A program made the position numbers and the translations under genes. This document shows positions 11,052 to 24,481 of a stretch of DNA of 64,000 bases, in pieces. Positions within the stretch are counted from its first letter, which is position 1. Each line of letters opens with the position of its first letter. Below the pieces are notes generated by a model. It was not told the DNA's origin and ran no database searches. It saw nothing but the letters and a program-made list of their open reading frames with translations. The DNA is from Malacoraja senta. Taxonomy: Eukaryota. The stretch lies in assembly GCA_038087875.1 (NCBI GenBank), contig CM075978.1:79732001-79796000 (forward strand), in the 5' to 3' direction.

Positions 11052-12326
11052 TCAGCAGTTACAGCACCGCAGCAGACTGTAGTTTGTAATTCCTTCTTAC
11101 ACTTATCAAGTAACATACTTTCACTTGTAAGTAACTTACTTTTATGGTTTAGCAGTGTAGATATTGGGATAATATAAGTGCTAGGAACAAAATTAGGCCA
11201 TTACACCCATCAAGTCCACTCCACCATTCAATCATGGTGTTGTAACTGCTGAAATAAGGTCACACTGGAGCCTGCTTCATCAATATTGTAACATAATCAT
11301 TGCATGTTTTTATTTTGTTTAGTGTTCATATTTTCCCCTCATAGCTCCATTCCCCTGCCTTCTATAAGTTCCTTGTTTTCCTGCCATTCTCCTGCTTTTT
11401 AAAAGTTCTATATTTTCCTTGTTGGAGGAGGTCTAAAACCAAGAGCAATAGTCCCACGATAAAGAGGTGGCCAATCAGAATAGAAATTAGAATTTCTATC
11501 CAAAAGATCTGAAAAGGCTCAATCACTGAATAGATTCAAGTGATCAATAGGTGTTTGGGCATGAAGGAAATCAAGGCGTGAGGTTAATGTGGGTAAGTGG
11601 CAGAGCAGGCGTGAGGGGTTGAATGGCTTGCTGCTTTATTTTATATCTTCTCAGAATCATACCACAAACACTTGGGATGTGCTTCCGTCCTGATGAATTA
11701 GCTCTGTTGGGATTCGCAGCACTTGAAGTGCCTGTCCCAGTTTCTTGCTTCTCAGGCCCACATTATACCTGGAAATAAAACGTTCACTGGGCAAAAAAAA
11801 TGCAATTATATCAGGCAAGAGTTCACTTTGTACATTTAATGGGATATTTTTAGGTTTCGACTGGAAGTTGTTACGACTTTCCCATGAATCTAATAAACGC
11901 TCAAAATAAACAGTACAATATCTTCATTTAAATAATGGATGCAAGAAGTATATTACCTACACTTTAAACATTTCTGAGTGAAAGCATGCACAGCAATCTC
12001 TCGATTCTTCGACAATTATTCAATTGGACTAAAATAATGACTTCTCCAAAAGCAAAGCTTAACATGATTTTTAACAGGAAGTAAACATGTATTTCAAATT
12101 TCATGAGGTGATACATCTGAAAGCCCATTACGAGAAGCAGACATTAAGTATGCAAGACAAGAACATGGCTTTACAAGTTTCTGGTTTTGTAAAAAGATTG
12201 TGTACCTAAGAATTTGCCTTTTGCCATTTGCAGTTTAGAATCATCAACATGATTTGTGAGCGCTTTAACATCATCAGAAAAGTTGTAAATTCAGAGACCA
12301 GTTATTGATAAACTCCAATAGTCATT

Positions 12327-12627
12327 GGGCGGCCCAATGGCGTAGTAGTAGAGCTGCTGCTTTAGAGCTCCAGTGACCCGGGTTCAATCCTGACTAGGGG
12401 TGTTGTCTGTACATTTTTTAAATACGTACTCCCTGGGACCGTGTGGGTTTTCTCCAGGTGGTTCAGTTTCCTCATACACTCCAAAGACGTACAGGTTTGT
12501 AGGTTAATTGGTTTTGGTAAAAATTGTGAATTGTCCCTTGTGTGTGGGATAGTGTTAGTGTTGGTCGACGCAGACTTGGTGGGCCAAAGGGCCTGTTTCC
12601 GCGCTGTATCTCTAAAGTCTAAAGTCT
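12327..12627 (+). mobile_element. V-SINE
   Basis: A box TGGCGTAGTAG, B box GGTTCAATCC, V-domain, (TCTAAAG) tail. Confidence 0.88.
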
Positions 12628-13291
12628 TCTGATTCAGTTTGTCCTTCCTTAAAAATAACTTAGGCTGGAACATACTGCTAGAGTTCATCGGAATTGAGCT
12701 TCCTGGAATAAACTATTAATGTCAAGGATACATTTAATTTCCTTTTAATACTCTATTGGTAAATAAAATTGTGGAGATGTGAAAATGGCTTTTTATCACC
12801 CACTGATTTTTTTTTTACCATAGGAGGCAAGGGTACCAGAAGGAGTGAGAATGATCAGTCATGGAAGATCAGATGCAGGGTTGTGGTAAGTGAATTTGGC
12901 GAATGTTAAAAGATATTAATTTTTCAGATTGTTAGTAACAGTGAAGAGGCCAGTATTTATTGCCCACCTGTGATTACTCTTGAAAAAGTGCAGGTGAGCC
13001 ACCCCCCTTGAACTGCTCGAGTCCTGATGTGTGGTCTTCTGACTTCCGTTTTCTGCAGTCAACCACTAGTTCCTTTGTTTTGTTGGTGTTGAGCAAGAGG
13101 TTGTTGCTGCACCACTCACTATCTCTCTCCTGCACATTGACTCATCACCACCCGTGATTTGGCCAACAATAGCTGGCATTTGTGCTGTGATTAACCGCAC
13201 AGTCATGGGTCTAAAGCGAGTAGAGCAGGGGGCCTAAGCACACATGGTCAACGAGGAGGAGTTGTTACTTGTTATATTGTTACCGATCTGT

Positions 13292-13452
13292 AGATGGACA
13301 CAAAAATCTGGGGCGACTTAACAGGTCAGGCAGCATCTCTGGAGAACAGGAATAGGTGATGTTTCGAGTTGAGACCTTTCTTCAGACTGAGAGTCAGGGG
13401 AGGGAAATGAGAGATATGAAAAGGGACATAGAACAAATGAATGAAAGATATG
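13292..13452 (-). mobile_element. Penelope pLTR fragment with hammerhead-like core
   Basis: GGTGATGTTTCGAGTTGAGACCTTTCTTCAGAC is the reverse complement of CTGAAGA...GAAAC-ATC. Confidence 0.75.
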
Positions 13453-13550
13453 TTAGGTTTTTTAAATCTTGTTCTCCAGTGATTGAACATCAGAAAAAGG
13501 GATGGTAAGGAAGGAAGTGGGTGTCACATACCCCGATGCTTCAGTCTTAC

Positions 13551-13678
13551 CTGAAGGTCTTCCGGGTCACCATGTTTTCTGGTACATTAAAGGCCTCTCT
13601 GGCATTTCCAGGTACTGAGTTTGTGCTCTGGGAGGCCAGGTCTGCTGAGTCGACTGGGTCCATTGAATGCTTAGACAT
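13551..13678 (-). CDS. Possible first coding exon of an unidentified host gene
   Basis: ATG at 13678 opens MSKHSMDPVDSADLASQSTNSVPGNAREAFNVPENMVTRKTF, which ends at a strong donor CAG|GTAAGA. The sequence is non-repetitive, but no homology is recognised. Confidence 0.25.
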
Positions 13679-13873
13679 CTCAAGGCTTAAAAGACTGTTT
13701 GCTACCGCAATACATGTGACTGGCAATTCCAGTTCTAAAAGGCCTGGACACGAATACACAATTGTTAACCTGCACAGTGCCTGCAAATGTCTCCTCTCTC
13801 ATTTTAAGAACAGAAGATTGAAGGATTGATTGAACAAATGAAATATTGCTTCTTTTAAGCTCAAACTTTAAAT

Positions 13874-14785
13874 CAGGGGTTGGCAACCTTGTTCTACATA
13901 GGGGCCGGGACGTATGTCTGTGAACGGGTGGCAGGCCACTTCTATCACGTGTACACATGGATCCCGCCCCAAATGGCAGGCATCAAATCACCTGTTCACA
14001 TAGATCCCGCCCCTTCGGAGGACACCACCCGGAGCACTGGCCCCTAGTTACGGGCAAGGATGGTTACGGGCGCTCACAAACATGGTGCACCTACGGACCA
14101 TCGCCTTGGCTCTGTCCTGAAGGCATTGGCTCAAATATTATATTCACCCGTCCCCGGCCTATTGACAACCCCAATCCCGACAATGTGTTTAAGAAAGAAT
14201 TGCAGATGCTGGAAAATTCGAAGGTAGACAGAAAAGCTGGAGAAACGGAGCAAAGGTATAGGTGATGTTTCGGGTCGATACCCTTCTTCAGACTGGTCTC
14301 AGAGCAGCGTCAGCCACTTCTGAAAAAGGGTCTCGACCCGAAACGTTGCCTATTCCTTCACTCCATAGATGCTGCCTAACCCGCTGAGTTTCTCCAGCTT
14401 TTTTGTCTACCTCTGATCCCAACAGTGAAGCCCAGACACAGAAGGTGCGCGGCTATGCCGGCGGCTTTGCACAGGATGCGGTACAGCCAGAGCTCAGTGC
14501 TCCTCAGCAGCTCGGCGCCCCTCGGCTGCTCTGCCTGGCAGCTCGGCTGCTCTGCTCGGCCAGCTCGGCGTTGCTCGTCCAGCTCCGCCATTGCAGCCGC
14601 CAGCGCAGGCCTCCTTGCCTCTTTGCGCCACCGCCCCTGTGCGCCGCGGCCTCGGGCCTGGGAGGTAATGGAGATGAAGGAAGTCGGCGGGCCGGATTAA
14701 TTCAGGGAAAAAAATACGCCTGGGGGCCGGATGATTTCGGGTTATGGGCCGCATTCGGCCGGGGGCCATAGGTTGCCGACCCCTG
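13874..14785. mobile_element. hAT (Charlie-like) non-autonomous element
   Basis: TIRs CAGGGGTTGGCAACCT / AGGTTGCCGACCCCTG. Perfect 8-bp TSD CTTTAAAT at 13866-13873 and 14786-14793. Confidence 0.92.
14184..14411. mobile_element. Palindromic Penelope-derived element nested in the hAT element
   Basis: Two divergent hammerhead-like cores: GTTTCGGGTCGATACCCTTCTTCAG and CTGAAAAAGGGTCTCGACCCGAAACGTT. Confidence 0.8.
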
Positions 14786-14877
14786 CTTTAAATAAATATA
14801 ATTTCTGGTTTAGAACTAAGCCATTAGACAAGAAAATTCCAAAATTTAATTCCCATGCCTTACTCCTTAAGCTGTTG

Positions 14878-15170
14878 TGTTTAGTTTAGTTTCGAGATAT
14901 AGCATAGAAACAGGCCCTTTGGTCCACTGAGTCCGCACCGACCAATGATCCCCGCACATTAACATTATCCTACACGCACTAGGGACAATTTACCCTTATA
15001 CCAAGCCAATTATCCTTCAAACCTGTACGTCTTTGGAATGTGGGAGGAAACCTAAGATCTCGGGGAAAATCAAGAGAAGAAGGTACATGCTCCGTACAGA
15101 CAGCACCCATGGTTGGGGTCGAATTCGGGTCGTTAGGTAGTAACTCTACCGCTGCACAGCCGTGCCACCC
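14878..15170 (-). mobile_element. V-SINE
   Basis: (TTTAG)n tail, then GAAACAGGCCC and the V-domain in reverse orientation. Confidence 0.85.
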
Positions 15171-15749
15171 ACAAGCTGTGAAGCATAGAATTGACTTAGT
15201 TATTCCAAACTCTGATGTGGGAAAGTTGATCAGCCAGATGGATGTCAATGTTAGGCGTTGAATGAGTCTGTGATGAAAATAGGTGTAGAGCTGAGATACC
15301 TAAAACAGTTATCTAAATATACAACATTTTACAATGTGGAAGGTCATATTAAATGCCGAAATTATTTTCAGTAAAGAAAACTAAAAACTATTTTGTGATA
15401 TATCTTTAGATATATCTTTGATTTATCTTACAAGTTGGGTAAAACAGAAGAAAGTTAACAACAAAGTTGTTCATCCCCTGTCCATATCTTTCCTTGAATC
15501 AGTTTGTTAAGTAAGCATGAAAGGACTGCATCTGATATTGCCATCTTTCATTGACAGATGTTCAGTGATTGCTATAAAGATCATGGCGGCAGAGTGGAGC
15601 GATAAATAAACGTAGAAAGATTGAAAGGAAACTGAAAATATTTCAGTTGTTCAGAGAAATATTTGCAGGGTGAGTTGTGGATTATTTCAAGATTTATTGA
15701 AAAGTCGATAATACGTGTGGGTTATGTAATCCAAAATTCGTATTGGTTT

Positions 15750-16027
15750 AGGCAGCACGGTGGCGCAGCGGTATAGTTGCTGCCTTACAGCACTTGCAGT
15801 GCCGGAGACCCAGTTTCGATCCCAACTACGGGTGCTGTCTGTACAGAGTTAGTACGTTCTCTCCGTGACCGGGTTTTCTCCAAGATGTACAGGTTTATAG
15901 GTAAATTGGCTTGGTTTAAATGTAAATTGTCCCTAGCGTGTAGGGTTGTGTTAATGCGCGGGGATCGCTGGTCGGTGTGGACTCGGTGGGTCGAAGGGCC
16001 TGTTACTGCGCTTTATCTCTGAAATAA
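15750..16027 (+). mobile_element. V-SINE
   Basis: Head GGCAGCACGGTGGCGCAGCGGTA, B box TTCGATCCC, CR1-like tail. Confidence 0.85.
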
Positions 16028-16849
16028 AAGTGATAGGAGCAGAATGAGGCCATTCGGACCATTGTCTACTCGCCAATTCCAATCATGGTTCATCTATCTC
16101 ATCCTCTTAACCCCATTCCCCTGCCTTCTCCCCATAACCCCTAACAGTTGTACTAATCAATAATGGCCACTAGTGTAAAATCAAATACTTTTAGATTCAT
16201 ACATTTTTGTCCCGCTTGCAGTAGAAAGTAAAGCTCTTTAATGTACAACAAAAGCAATGATAGTCTTCAGAAGTTCTATTCAATCCACAAAACAACAGAA
16301 CTGCAAATGTACAGAGAGTAACTGTACAAGTCCGTGATTCATGTGGCTGGAGATTTTAATATAGGTGCCAAATGCTGCAAATTGAACAAGGGAGTGACTC
16401 AGAGATGTATTACTAATAAGAACAACAACTGTACAACAAGTTAATTATCATTGTGCTCGAAAAGTAACAGCATAAGCTTATAAACCTTTTTGTCTCTTTC
16501 AAATTTAGTGAGGGAGCCACGAATGGTTGTTTTATTGTTTAGGTGATGATGATAATCATTCAGAATACAGTGGACAGATTTTGAAAAATAAGCCTCACTG
16601 TTTCTGTTTTCGAAATCTCTCATATCTGCAGTTCTGTCCATCATATATGAAAGATATTAAACTTAGCTGTAGAGAACATAATGTACAATGTGCTAATTCT
16701 AGATAAGAATACCAATTTATTTCATTCAGGTGTATTTCATTTCATTCAACAGTGATAGATAAATAAACCAATTATAGTGATTTATACTTGTTTTTGGAAC
16801 AGTACAGAAATAACTAGGCAGATGATATCTACGCCTGCTGTGTTTAGAA

Positions 16850-17165
16850 ACAGAAACTTAGAAAATAGGTGCAGGAGCAGGTCATTCGGCCCTTCGAGCC
16901 AGCACTGCCATTCAATAAGATCATGGATGATCATCCAGAATCAGTACCCTGTTCCTGCTTTCTTCCTATATTCCTTGATTCCGTTAGCCCTCAGAGCTAA
17001 CTCTTTCTTGAAAACATCTAGTGAATTGGCCTCCTGTGGCAGAGAATTCCACAGATTCACAACTCTCTGGCTGAAAAGGTTTTTCCTCATCTCAGTCCTA
17101 AATGGCCTACCCCTTATTCTTAAACTGTGACCCCTGGTTCTGGACACTCCCCCAACATGGGGGTT
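16850..17165 (-). mobile_element. CR1 LINE 3' fragment
   Basis: SRTRGHSLRIRGRPFRTEMRKNLFSQRVVNLWNSLP, the CR1 ORF2 C-terminus. Confidence 0.9.
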
Positions 17166-18094
17166 GCAGTTAAATCTTTATTTTCTTCATTCCGATAATC
17201 TTAATTTCATATTTCATTCTACATATTGCATGTGGAGCAATTTTACCAGAATCAGCAAATGATCATTATGCATTATTAAATGCTTAAAGGCTAATCAGTA
17301 CACATGAAGCAAGCATTTCTGGCAATAAAGATGAACAGACCTCAGAAATGCAGCATTTCTTCTCTTCACCCGAAGGGGAAAGGTTCAACTGATATCTCTG
17401 GCAATTGCCCTACTCTATTTAGATTTTTGCCAGAAATACTATGGCAACTTCCTTGCTTCCCCTGTGATTAAAAAACCCGACAGCATGATACTCTTCTTCT
17501 GTTTAAAGAAGGACCCTGATGCTTTTGAGTAAGGTTGAGTAAAATCATCCGCAAGGATTTAAAGAATTTGTTCATGACTAACTTATTTCCAGCCATATCT
17601 TTCATCATTTTCTTTCTTCCAAAATTATGAGCTCTAGCTCTGGTCTCTTGCACTGTTCTGATTTCATTCATCCTCGGAATGACTGCTGTGTTTTCATCTG
17701 CCTTGGTCCTAAAGACTGGATTTCCATTTCTACTAATCTACCTCTTTATGTTTCTGTCTATATTCAAAGTGCTCCATAAAACATTCTTGCTTGATAAGCT
17801 TTTGAGTCTGTCCTAATATCTTAGGTGTCTGTGAGTAAGATTGACTTACAGTTCTTATAGCTTAGACCTATTGGAAGTTATAAATGCAAAATGAATTGTG
17901 ACATTGTAAAGTGGCATCTTTAATATGGTAGATAGTCAGTATCTTTAATATGGTAAAGTATTGACTCTTGTTTCTAGTCTAAAGGATTTATTTACAAAGT
18001 GGTTGTGTTATCAATACTGCAGTAGAATTCAGCACTGTTGATGGGCTATCCAAAAATAAAGGCAATTTTGATTGGGTGTAATTGCACCAAGATG

Positions 18095-18480
18095 GAGACA
18101 CAGAAACTGCCGATTCTGGAATCTTGAGTAATACATAAAATACTGGAGTAACTGAACAGGCCAGGCAGCATCTGTGGAGGGACACAAAGTGCTGGAGTAA
18201 CTCAGTGGGTCAGGCAGCATCTGTGGGTGTTTTGTGTTGGGATGCTGTTTCCGTTGCAGCCCTTCTTCAGACTGATTGTAGTAAGGGGGAGAAAGTTGGG
18301 AAAGAGGAGGGGGCTGGACAAAGCCTGGCAAGTAATCGGTGGATATGGCTGAGGGGAATTTTGATTAGCAGATGGGTGGACAAAGGCAGGAGATGAAATG
18401 GAGAGAAAAGAATATCAGATAAGCTGAGAAGAGGGGTGAAATGTAAAGCTAGAGAGAAGGATATAGGTGGAAGGCGACGG
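18095..18480 (-). mobile_element. Penelope pLTR fragments (tandem partial arms)
   Basis: Two consecutive CTGGAGTAACT...GGCAGCATCTGTGG units, then CCCTTCTTCAGACTG. Confidence 0.7.
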
Positions 18481-18964
18481 GATTGTTGCACCATGTTGGG
18501 ATACAGTGCCATCATTTGTGAGCATCACAGTCGTGCCTTGGTATTTTTGTGCAAATTGACGATCCTGGGTTGATTGGGCCCAACTTCAAGGCAAACATCT
18601 TTTATTAATCTTGTGCATGCTATTTACGAAAACTTATGTGGTGAGCTAAAGTTTCTGGTAGTTCAGACTTTCAGTACATGTAGATACATTGAGCAAAGGC
18701 AGAGAACTATTGGAGAAGATTGTGCTGTGTGATAGTCCTGAGAGAGAGCAGAGTGATCAATGTTTGATTATCATGTTTCCCAGCTGCTTCCATCTCATAG
18801 ACACATCTATGCATGCCCATAAAACAATATTATGGTGGCTTCTCCTGGCTTGGTGATGTGGTCATTTAAATTAACTATTCCTGGCACTGCTTCGATGAGC
18901 ACTGTGGAAGTGGGAGGTATTACTGACAATAGCAGGCACATCCTCTCACTTTTCTATGCCCAGG

Positions 18965-20130
18965 CCACCTCGACAACAGAGACACTTACGTAAGAATGCT
19001 GTTCATCGATTACAGCTCAGCATTCAACACCATCATACCCTCTAAACTGATCACCAAACTCGGTGACCTGGGCATCGACCCCTCCCTCTGCAACTGGATA
19101 CTGGACTTTCTAACCAACAGACCCCAGTCTGTTAGGTTAGACAAGCACACCTCTTCAACCCTCACCCTGAACACCGGCGTTCCACAGGGCTGTGTGCTGA
19201 GCCCCCTCCTCTACTGCCTCTTCACCTACGACTGCACACCTGTACATGGTACTAACACCATCATCAAGTATGCAGATGATACAACGGTGATTGGCCTCAT
19301 CAGCAACAACGATGAGTCGGCCTATAGGGAGGAGGTCCAGCTCCTAGCAGCATGGTGCGCTGACAACAACCTGGCCCTTAACTCCAAGAAGACCAAGGAG
19401 CTCATTGTAGACTTCAGGAAGTCTAGGGGCGGCATGCACACCCCCATCCACATTAACGGGAGGGAGGTGGAACGTGTTTCCAGCTTCAGGTTCCTGGGGG
19501 TCAACATCTCCGATGACCTCTCTTGGACCAACAATACCTCAACTCTGGTCAAGAAGGCTCACCAGCGTCTCTTCTTCCTGAGGAGACTAAAGAAGGTCCA
19601 TCTGTCTCCTCGGATTCTGGTGAACTTCTACCGCTGCACCATCGAGAGCATCCTTACCAACTGCATCACAGTATGGTATGGCAACTGCTCTGTCTCCGAC
19701 CGGAAAGCACTGCAGAGGGTGGTGAAAATTGCCCAACGCATCACCGGTTCCTCACTCCCCACCATTGAGTCTGTCCAAAGCAAGCGTTGTCTGCGAAGGG
19801 CGCTCAGCATCGCCAAGGACTGCTCTCACCCCAACCACAGACTGTTTACCCTCCTACCATCCGGGAGGCGCTACAGGTCTCTCCGTTGCCGGACCAGCAG
19901 GTCCAGGAACAGCTTCTTCCCTGCGGCGGTTACACTACTCAACACTGTACCTCGGTGACTGCCAATCACACCCCCCCCCCCCCCGGACACTCCTCCCACC
20001 AGGATTTATTAGATTTATTTATTTATTTACTGCTCATATTTATGTCGCTCTTCTAGGGAGATGCTAACTGCATTTCGTTGTCTCTGTACTGTACACTGCA
20101 CAATGACAATAAAGTTGAATCTGAATCTAA
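18965..20130 (+). mobile_element. 5'-truncated Rex1/Babar-type LINE, young copy
   Basis: Uninterrupted RT-containing ORF. The 3' UTR ends ATGACAATAAAGTTGAATCTGAATCT. Confidence 0.9.
18996..19958 (+). CDS. Reverse transcriptase C-terminal part (Rex1/Babar LINE ORF2), 5' truncated
   Basis: 320 aa with [31 protein letters not shown] and [10 protein letters not shown]. Confidence 0.9.
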   Translation: MLFIDYSSAFNTIIPSKLITKLGDLGIDPSLCNWILDFLTNRPQSVRLDKHTSSTLTLNTGVPQGCVLSPLLYCLFTYDCTPVHGTNTIIKYADDTTVIGLISNNDESAYREEVQLLAAWCADNNLALNSKKTKELIVDFRKSRGGMHTPIHINGREVERVSSFRFLGVNISDDLSWTNNTSTLVKKAHQRLFFLRRLKKVHLSPRILVNFYRCTIESILTNCITVWYGNCSVSDRKALQRVVKIAQRITGSSLPTIESVQSKRCLRRALSIAKDCSHPNHRLFTLLPSGRRYRSLRCRTSRSRNSFFPAAVTLLNTVPR

Positions 20131-20870
20131 AAGTACAGCACAGCAATGCTGGTTTGCGATGATTTGGTGCCTTTATTTGGGAGGAAATAGAAATCCTTCG
20201 GTTTTAAGAAAACTAGTGAAGGACAATGTGGATGAAATTGTGGAAGGAATTAAACTCCTGTGTGGAATGAAGACTGAAGCACAGTTACCGATGTTAGGAG
20301 ACTGAAAGAGACCTTACACATTGTGCAATGACCAATGCTGTCTGGGTTGGAGGACAGTGCAATGTTGCAAAGATGAAGGACAGAGGTAGGAGGCAGCAAA
20401 GTCCAAGGAATTGGGGAACAAGGATGAGGATGCTATACTTTGAGTGTTCAGGAAAACAACACTGTATTGAAGTGTCAGCACACTCTCATGGTCTTAGTTC
20501 AGCTTGGACAAGCTTATGGGTTTCAAAGATATTTTTATTGGGAAGGCATTTGTGAGAGTTAAATAATTCAAAAGTTACATTTCTATAAAAGCAACCATTT
20601 TGCAAAATTGCACTCACTGTCTCTCTCTGATATGATACAGTAGATGCAGAACCAGATGTGGCATTGGTTCTGCAAAAACAATGTTGTTTTCAGAAGAGAA
20701 GGGAATGGAACAGGACGAGGCTTACTGCTGTCCACAGTGAACCATTTATTTGTGTGTAAAATTATAAAACTCTTTGCCAGTTGCTTAAATGGAATTAAAT
20801 ATAATTCCCCTTTTCTATTTTTCAGCATTACCGAGATTTGCCACATAGTGATTTAATGTTAAGATTGTTA

Positions 20871-21290
20871 GCTTCTCCGTGGAATGTCACCTTGTCGTGG
20901 TGGAGAAGCTTGTGTGGACCTGAGATCCTGAGAGCGATGCCGCCTGGAGCTATGCTCCTGGTAGGGCCACCCATGGCGGTAAGGTCGAGGGGGAGGTCTC
21001 TGACAAAGAGCAATCCAACCAAGACCTCAACAGTGGAACAGGCAGAAGATGATGGCTGACCTTAGTGGAGTGTCAATAGCTGGGAAGGTGGATGAAGGCT
21101 GCAGCAGAAAAAGGTCTCCGGTCATCTTGGATTCCATGCCACTGGATCCTGACCCAGTTCTGTCAAGGACCGTGGGGTGACTGTCTGTGCTCCGGTCTCC
21201 CCACGTTAAACAAAGTCACGAACAGGCGTCCTCCATATAGGGAATAGCACCCTGGAGACACTCATGGTCAGCCACGACCAAAGAGGGCCT
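20871..21290 (+). mobile_element. RTE-clade (Expander/BovB-like) 5' UTR-derived element
   Basis: CACCTTGTCGTGGTGGAGAAGCTTG...GGTAGGGCCACCCATGGCGG resembles the conserved 5' region of RTE LINEs. No ORF follows. Confidence 0.55.
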
Positions 21291-22337
21291 AAGAATGTTA
21301 GCTTATTATTAATATAATTATATAGTAGGAATTGGATAAGTTAAAGTAAAATCTATGTTTTATATACAGTGAGAACTCTTGTTTTTATTGTGTTGCATGC
21401 TGAAATATAGGAACAGAAAATAAACCCCGAAATAACTAGTCTAAAGCTAAAAAGCAGAAAAGAAATGCCTAAGATATGGTGACCACTGGCCTTGTTATAC
21501 CTGTGGGCAAGAATAAATGAGTATGTGAGGAGTTGATACGGGATTGTGATGCCTCCCATACAAAACAATAACAAGCAATCTGATTCTCAATTGTACAGCT
21601 CCCTAACCCCAAGCTATGCTTTAGTAAAGGCATAACTGGTACCAATAAGTAGGTAGCTTTGAACCAGTCCAAAGAGATTTCAAATTTATCACATCTTGCA
21701 ATGTTATTGAATGAACCAAGACTCCTGGTGAACAGAATATTGAAAATGATTGGACAAATGAGAAATAGCTAATAAATTGATCAAGCATTTAAACTTAGTA
21801 TTTGTATAATGATGAAGGAAGCAACAAGTGCACATGCATTGGAGGCAGGAGATTTGTCCATCATGTGAAAGATTATTCAGCTCAGAGAGTTATCAGTATT
21901 TGAAGATTGTGGTGTATTTGTTACATTAGACACTCACCATCCTGCTCCGTAGCCATGAACTTAGCCTAAATAGAATAGGAAATGTACATTTGTAGTTCTA
22001 TACTGAAAGGAAAAGCTGGCAGAATGCTGTTTTTTTTAGGGCAGTTTTACAGGGCTGAGAGTTACTGAACTCTGACAGTAACGTGGCTCTTAGATCTGTC
22101 GGGGTTGCTCATGAGGAGCTGCCATTCCACGCTCCAACTTTCATGTTGCAAAGCAGAATTTGCCTGTTGTTGGATTCTTTGTGGAGTAGCTATTGCACAC
22201 CTGCAATCACAAGTAATTCATGCAGCAAGGTCTTTGATCGAGTGGCAAATGAGACACAAGAACACAGGTGGTTTGACAATGTCATCACCACACCGTGTGA
22301 GATGTGACTGCCCGCTCATTGAAAAAGGCTACACAAT

Positions 22338-22620
22338 GGGCGGCACGGTGATGCAGTGGTAGAGTTGCTACCTTACAGCGCCAGAGACCCGGGTTCAATC
22401 CTGACTACGGGTGCCGCCTGTATGGAGTATGTGTGCACATTCTCCCCATGACCGCGTGTGTTTTCTCTGGGAGCTCCAGTTTCCTCCCACACCCCAAAGA
22501 CGTACAGGTTTGTAGGTTAATTGGCTTCAATAAAAATTGTAAATTATCCTTAGTGTGTAGGATAGTGCTTGCGTACAGGGATTGCTGGTCGGCACGGAGT
22601 TGGTGGGCCGAAGGGCCTGT
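22338..22620 (+). mobile_element. V-SINE
   Basis: tRNA head GGGCGGCACGGTGATGCAGTGG...GGTTCAATCC, then the V-domain. Confidence 0.88.
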
Positions 22621-23058
22621 GACATGAGTTAAGTAAATGTTTATTCTATTTCCTCCTCCTGTCAAAGAGAACTATGTGCAAGTGTATTAATGTGGTACCT
22701 GTCACCATGCTGGGCACCAAATAGTGATATGCTTGGCTTTCCTTCAGGAGCTATGCTCTACCCCCAAACTGCTCACTCTTGCCAGGCTTATCCAATCCGT
22801 GCCTCTCTCCTTTACCGTTGGATCCGCCCCTTATGTCACCTTTCACCCCAATCAATGATCAAATCTCCCATAAGCTGATTTCTCCCATAAACTGATCAAC
22901 AATCCTAGACTCTGACTAGTGACCCCAGGCCCACCTCTATCATTACAACCATTGGCAATTCCTGCCCATTTCCCCCTAGTCCTTACCCCCATCTAGAAAT
23001 GTAAAGTATATTCAGTAGCAAACCAAATGTGAGTGAATGAGAGAATTGGCAGCCAGAA

Positions 23059-23335
23059 TTAGTTTAGTTTAGAGATACAGCATGGAAACAGGCCCTTTGG
23101 CCCACTGAGTCCACGCTGACCACGTACCCTAGTTCTATCCTACGTACTAGGGACAATTTACAGAAGCTAATTAACCTACAGACATGCATGTCTTTGGAAT
23201 TTGGGAGGAAACCGGCGCACCGAGAGAAAACCCACTTGGTCACAGGGAGAACGTACAAACTCAGTACAGAGAGTGCCCATAGTGAGAATCGAACCCGGGT
23301 CTCTGGTGCTGTAAGGCAGCAACTCTAGCACTGCC
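23059..23335 (-). mobile_element. V-SINE
   Basis: (TTTAG)n tail; the B box appears in reverse as GAATCGAACC. Confidence 0.88.
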
Positions 23336-24481
23336 CACTTACATAGCAGTAGCACCAAAAATCAAGATTTTCTTTCTGGTATGTATTACATTACAAAACA
23401 GAAATACTGAAATTAAAATGAAGTACTGTAATTAATTTTATTGAACTTGCTGCACATTAAAATAATTAGAGAATTACTTTAAAAAGTTGATCTTGGACAG
23501 GTTCAGGGCACCTTATGACAACAACACCATTACATATTTTAAACATTATTCATAACACACTATTGGAGTTTATTAACTCTACTGGAAAGAACAATGAGAT
23601 AATCATACTGAGCCAATTAGAGGATTGCCCCATGGCTTTTCTCTTGATTTAATCAAGCAAATGATATCTGCCTTATAAAACAGAACAAATCAGCACTCGC
23701 CTTCCAACTCTACATTAGTTATTTAATACAGCTAATAATAAATATAATATGGTAGCTCCTGAAATAGTATTGTTTAATTCTTTAAACTGCAGCCCTTTAC
23801 AAATTAAAAAATCAATTAAGTGGAGCCAAAATTATATCATAAAAATCCAAATGCTCTCCTCAGCACTTGTGTTAATGTGCTTAGATGAATATGGAAGGAA
23901 AATGAATGCTCTCTGCAAAAATCCAAGGAGGCGGAACATACTAAAGAGCTGTCACCTTTGATAAGAATATTTTGGCAGCAGAAATTTTTTGGTTGCATTT
24001 GCACTATTTTTCATTGAACTGTCTTCATACAGACGAGAGGCTTTTATCTTCTTTCCAATCAAATCATCTCATAACACAACAAAGCATCTGTTTAATAATA
24101 GGAATTGTAACACCCTTTCAGCTGAAGGATGTTACAATTGTGTCACCTTGTTGTCGCTGTTACAAAATAAAATGAGGCAGATTCATTTTGATTGTGAAAT
24201 ACTATTCCCTTTCAATATAGAGATTTGTAAATGTCTATGTCATACAGTATGTTCACTTAGGTTTCTTTCATACACAAGGGATGTATTTCAACAAAGTCCC
24301 AGGAGGCAAGGGGCCTTCTGCAATGCTTTGAACATGACAAGAGATGCAAGAGAGCTTTCAAAATCCAATACCTTTTATACTTTGTTGGTATTCTAGTTAT
24401 TTAATCTACACATATTTCAGTTTAAGTTAAAAGAACAGTGTTGAATATAGGTAAGAACAAAAACTGAATGGCGCTTCCTAA

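Noticed and set aside
15750-15830. tRNA-like sequences with A and B boxes (also at 12327, 22338, 37696)
   Set aside because: They are V-SINE heads continuous with the V-domain and tail, not tRNA genes.
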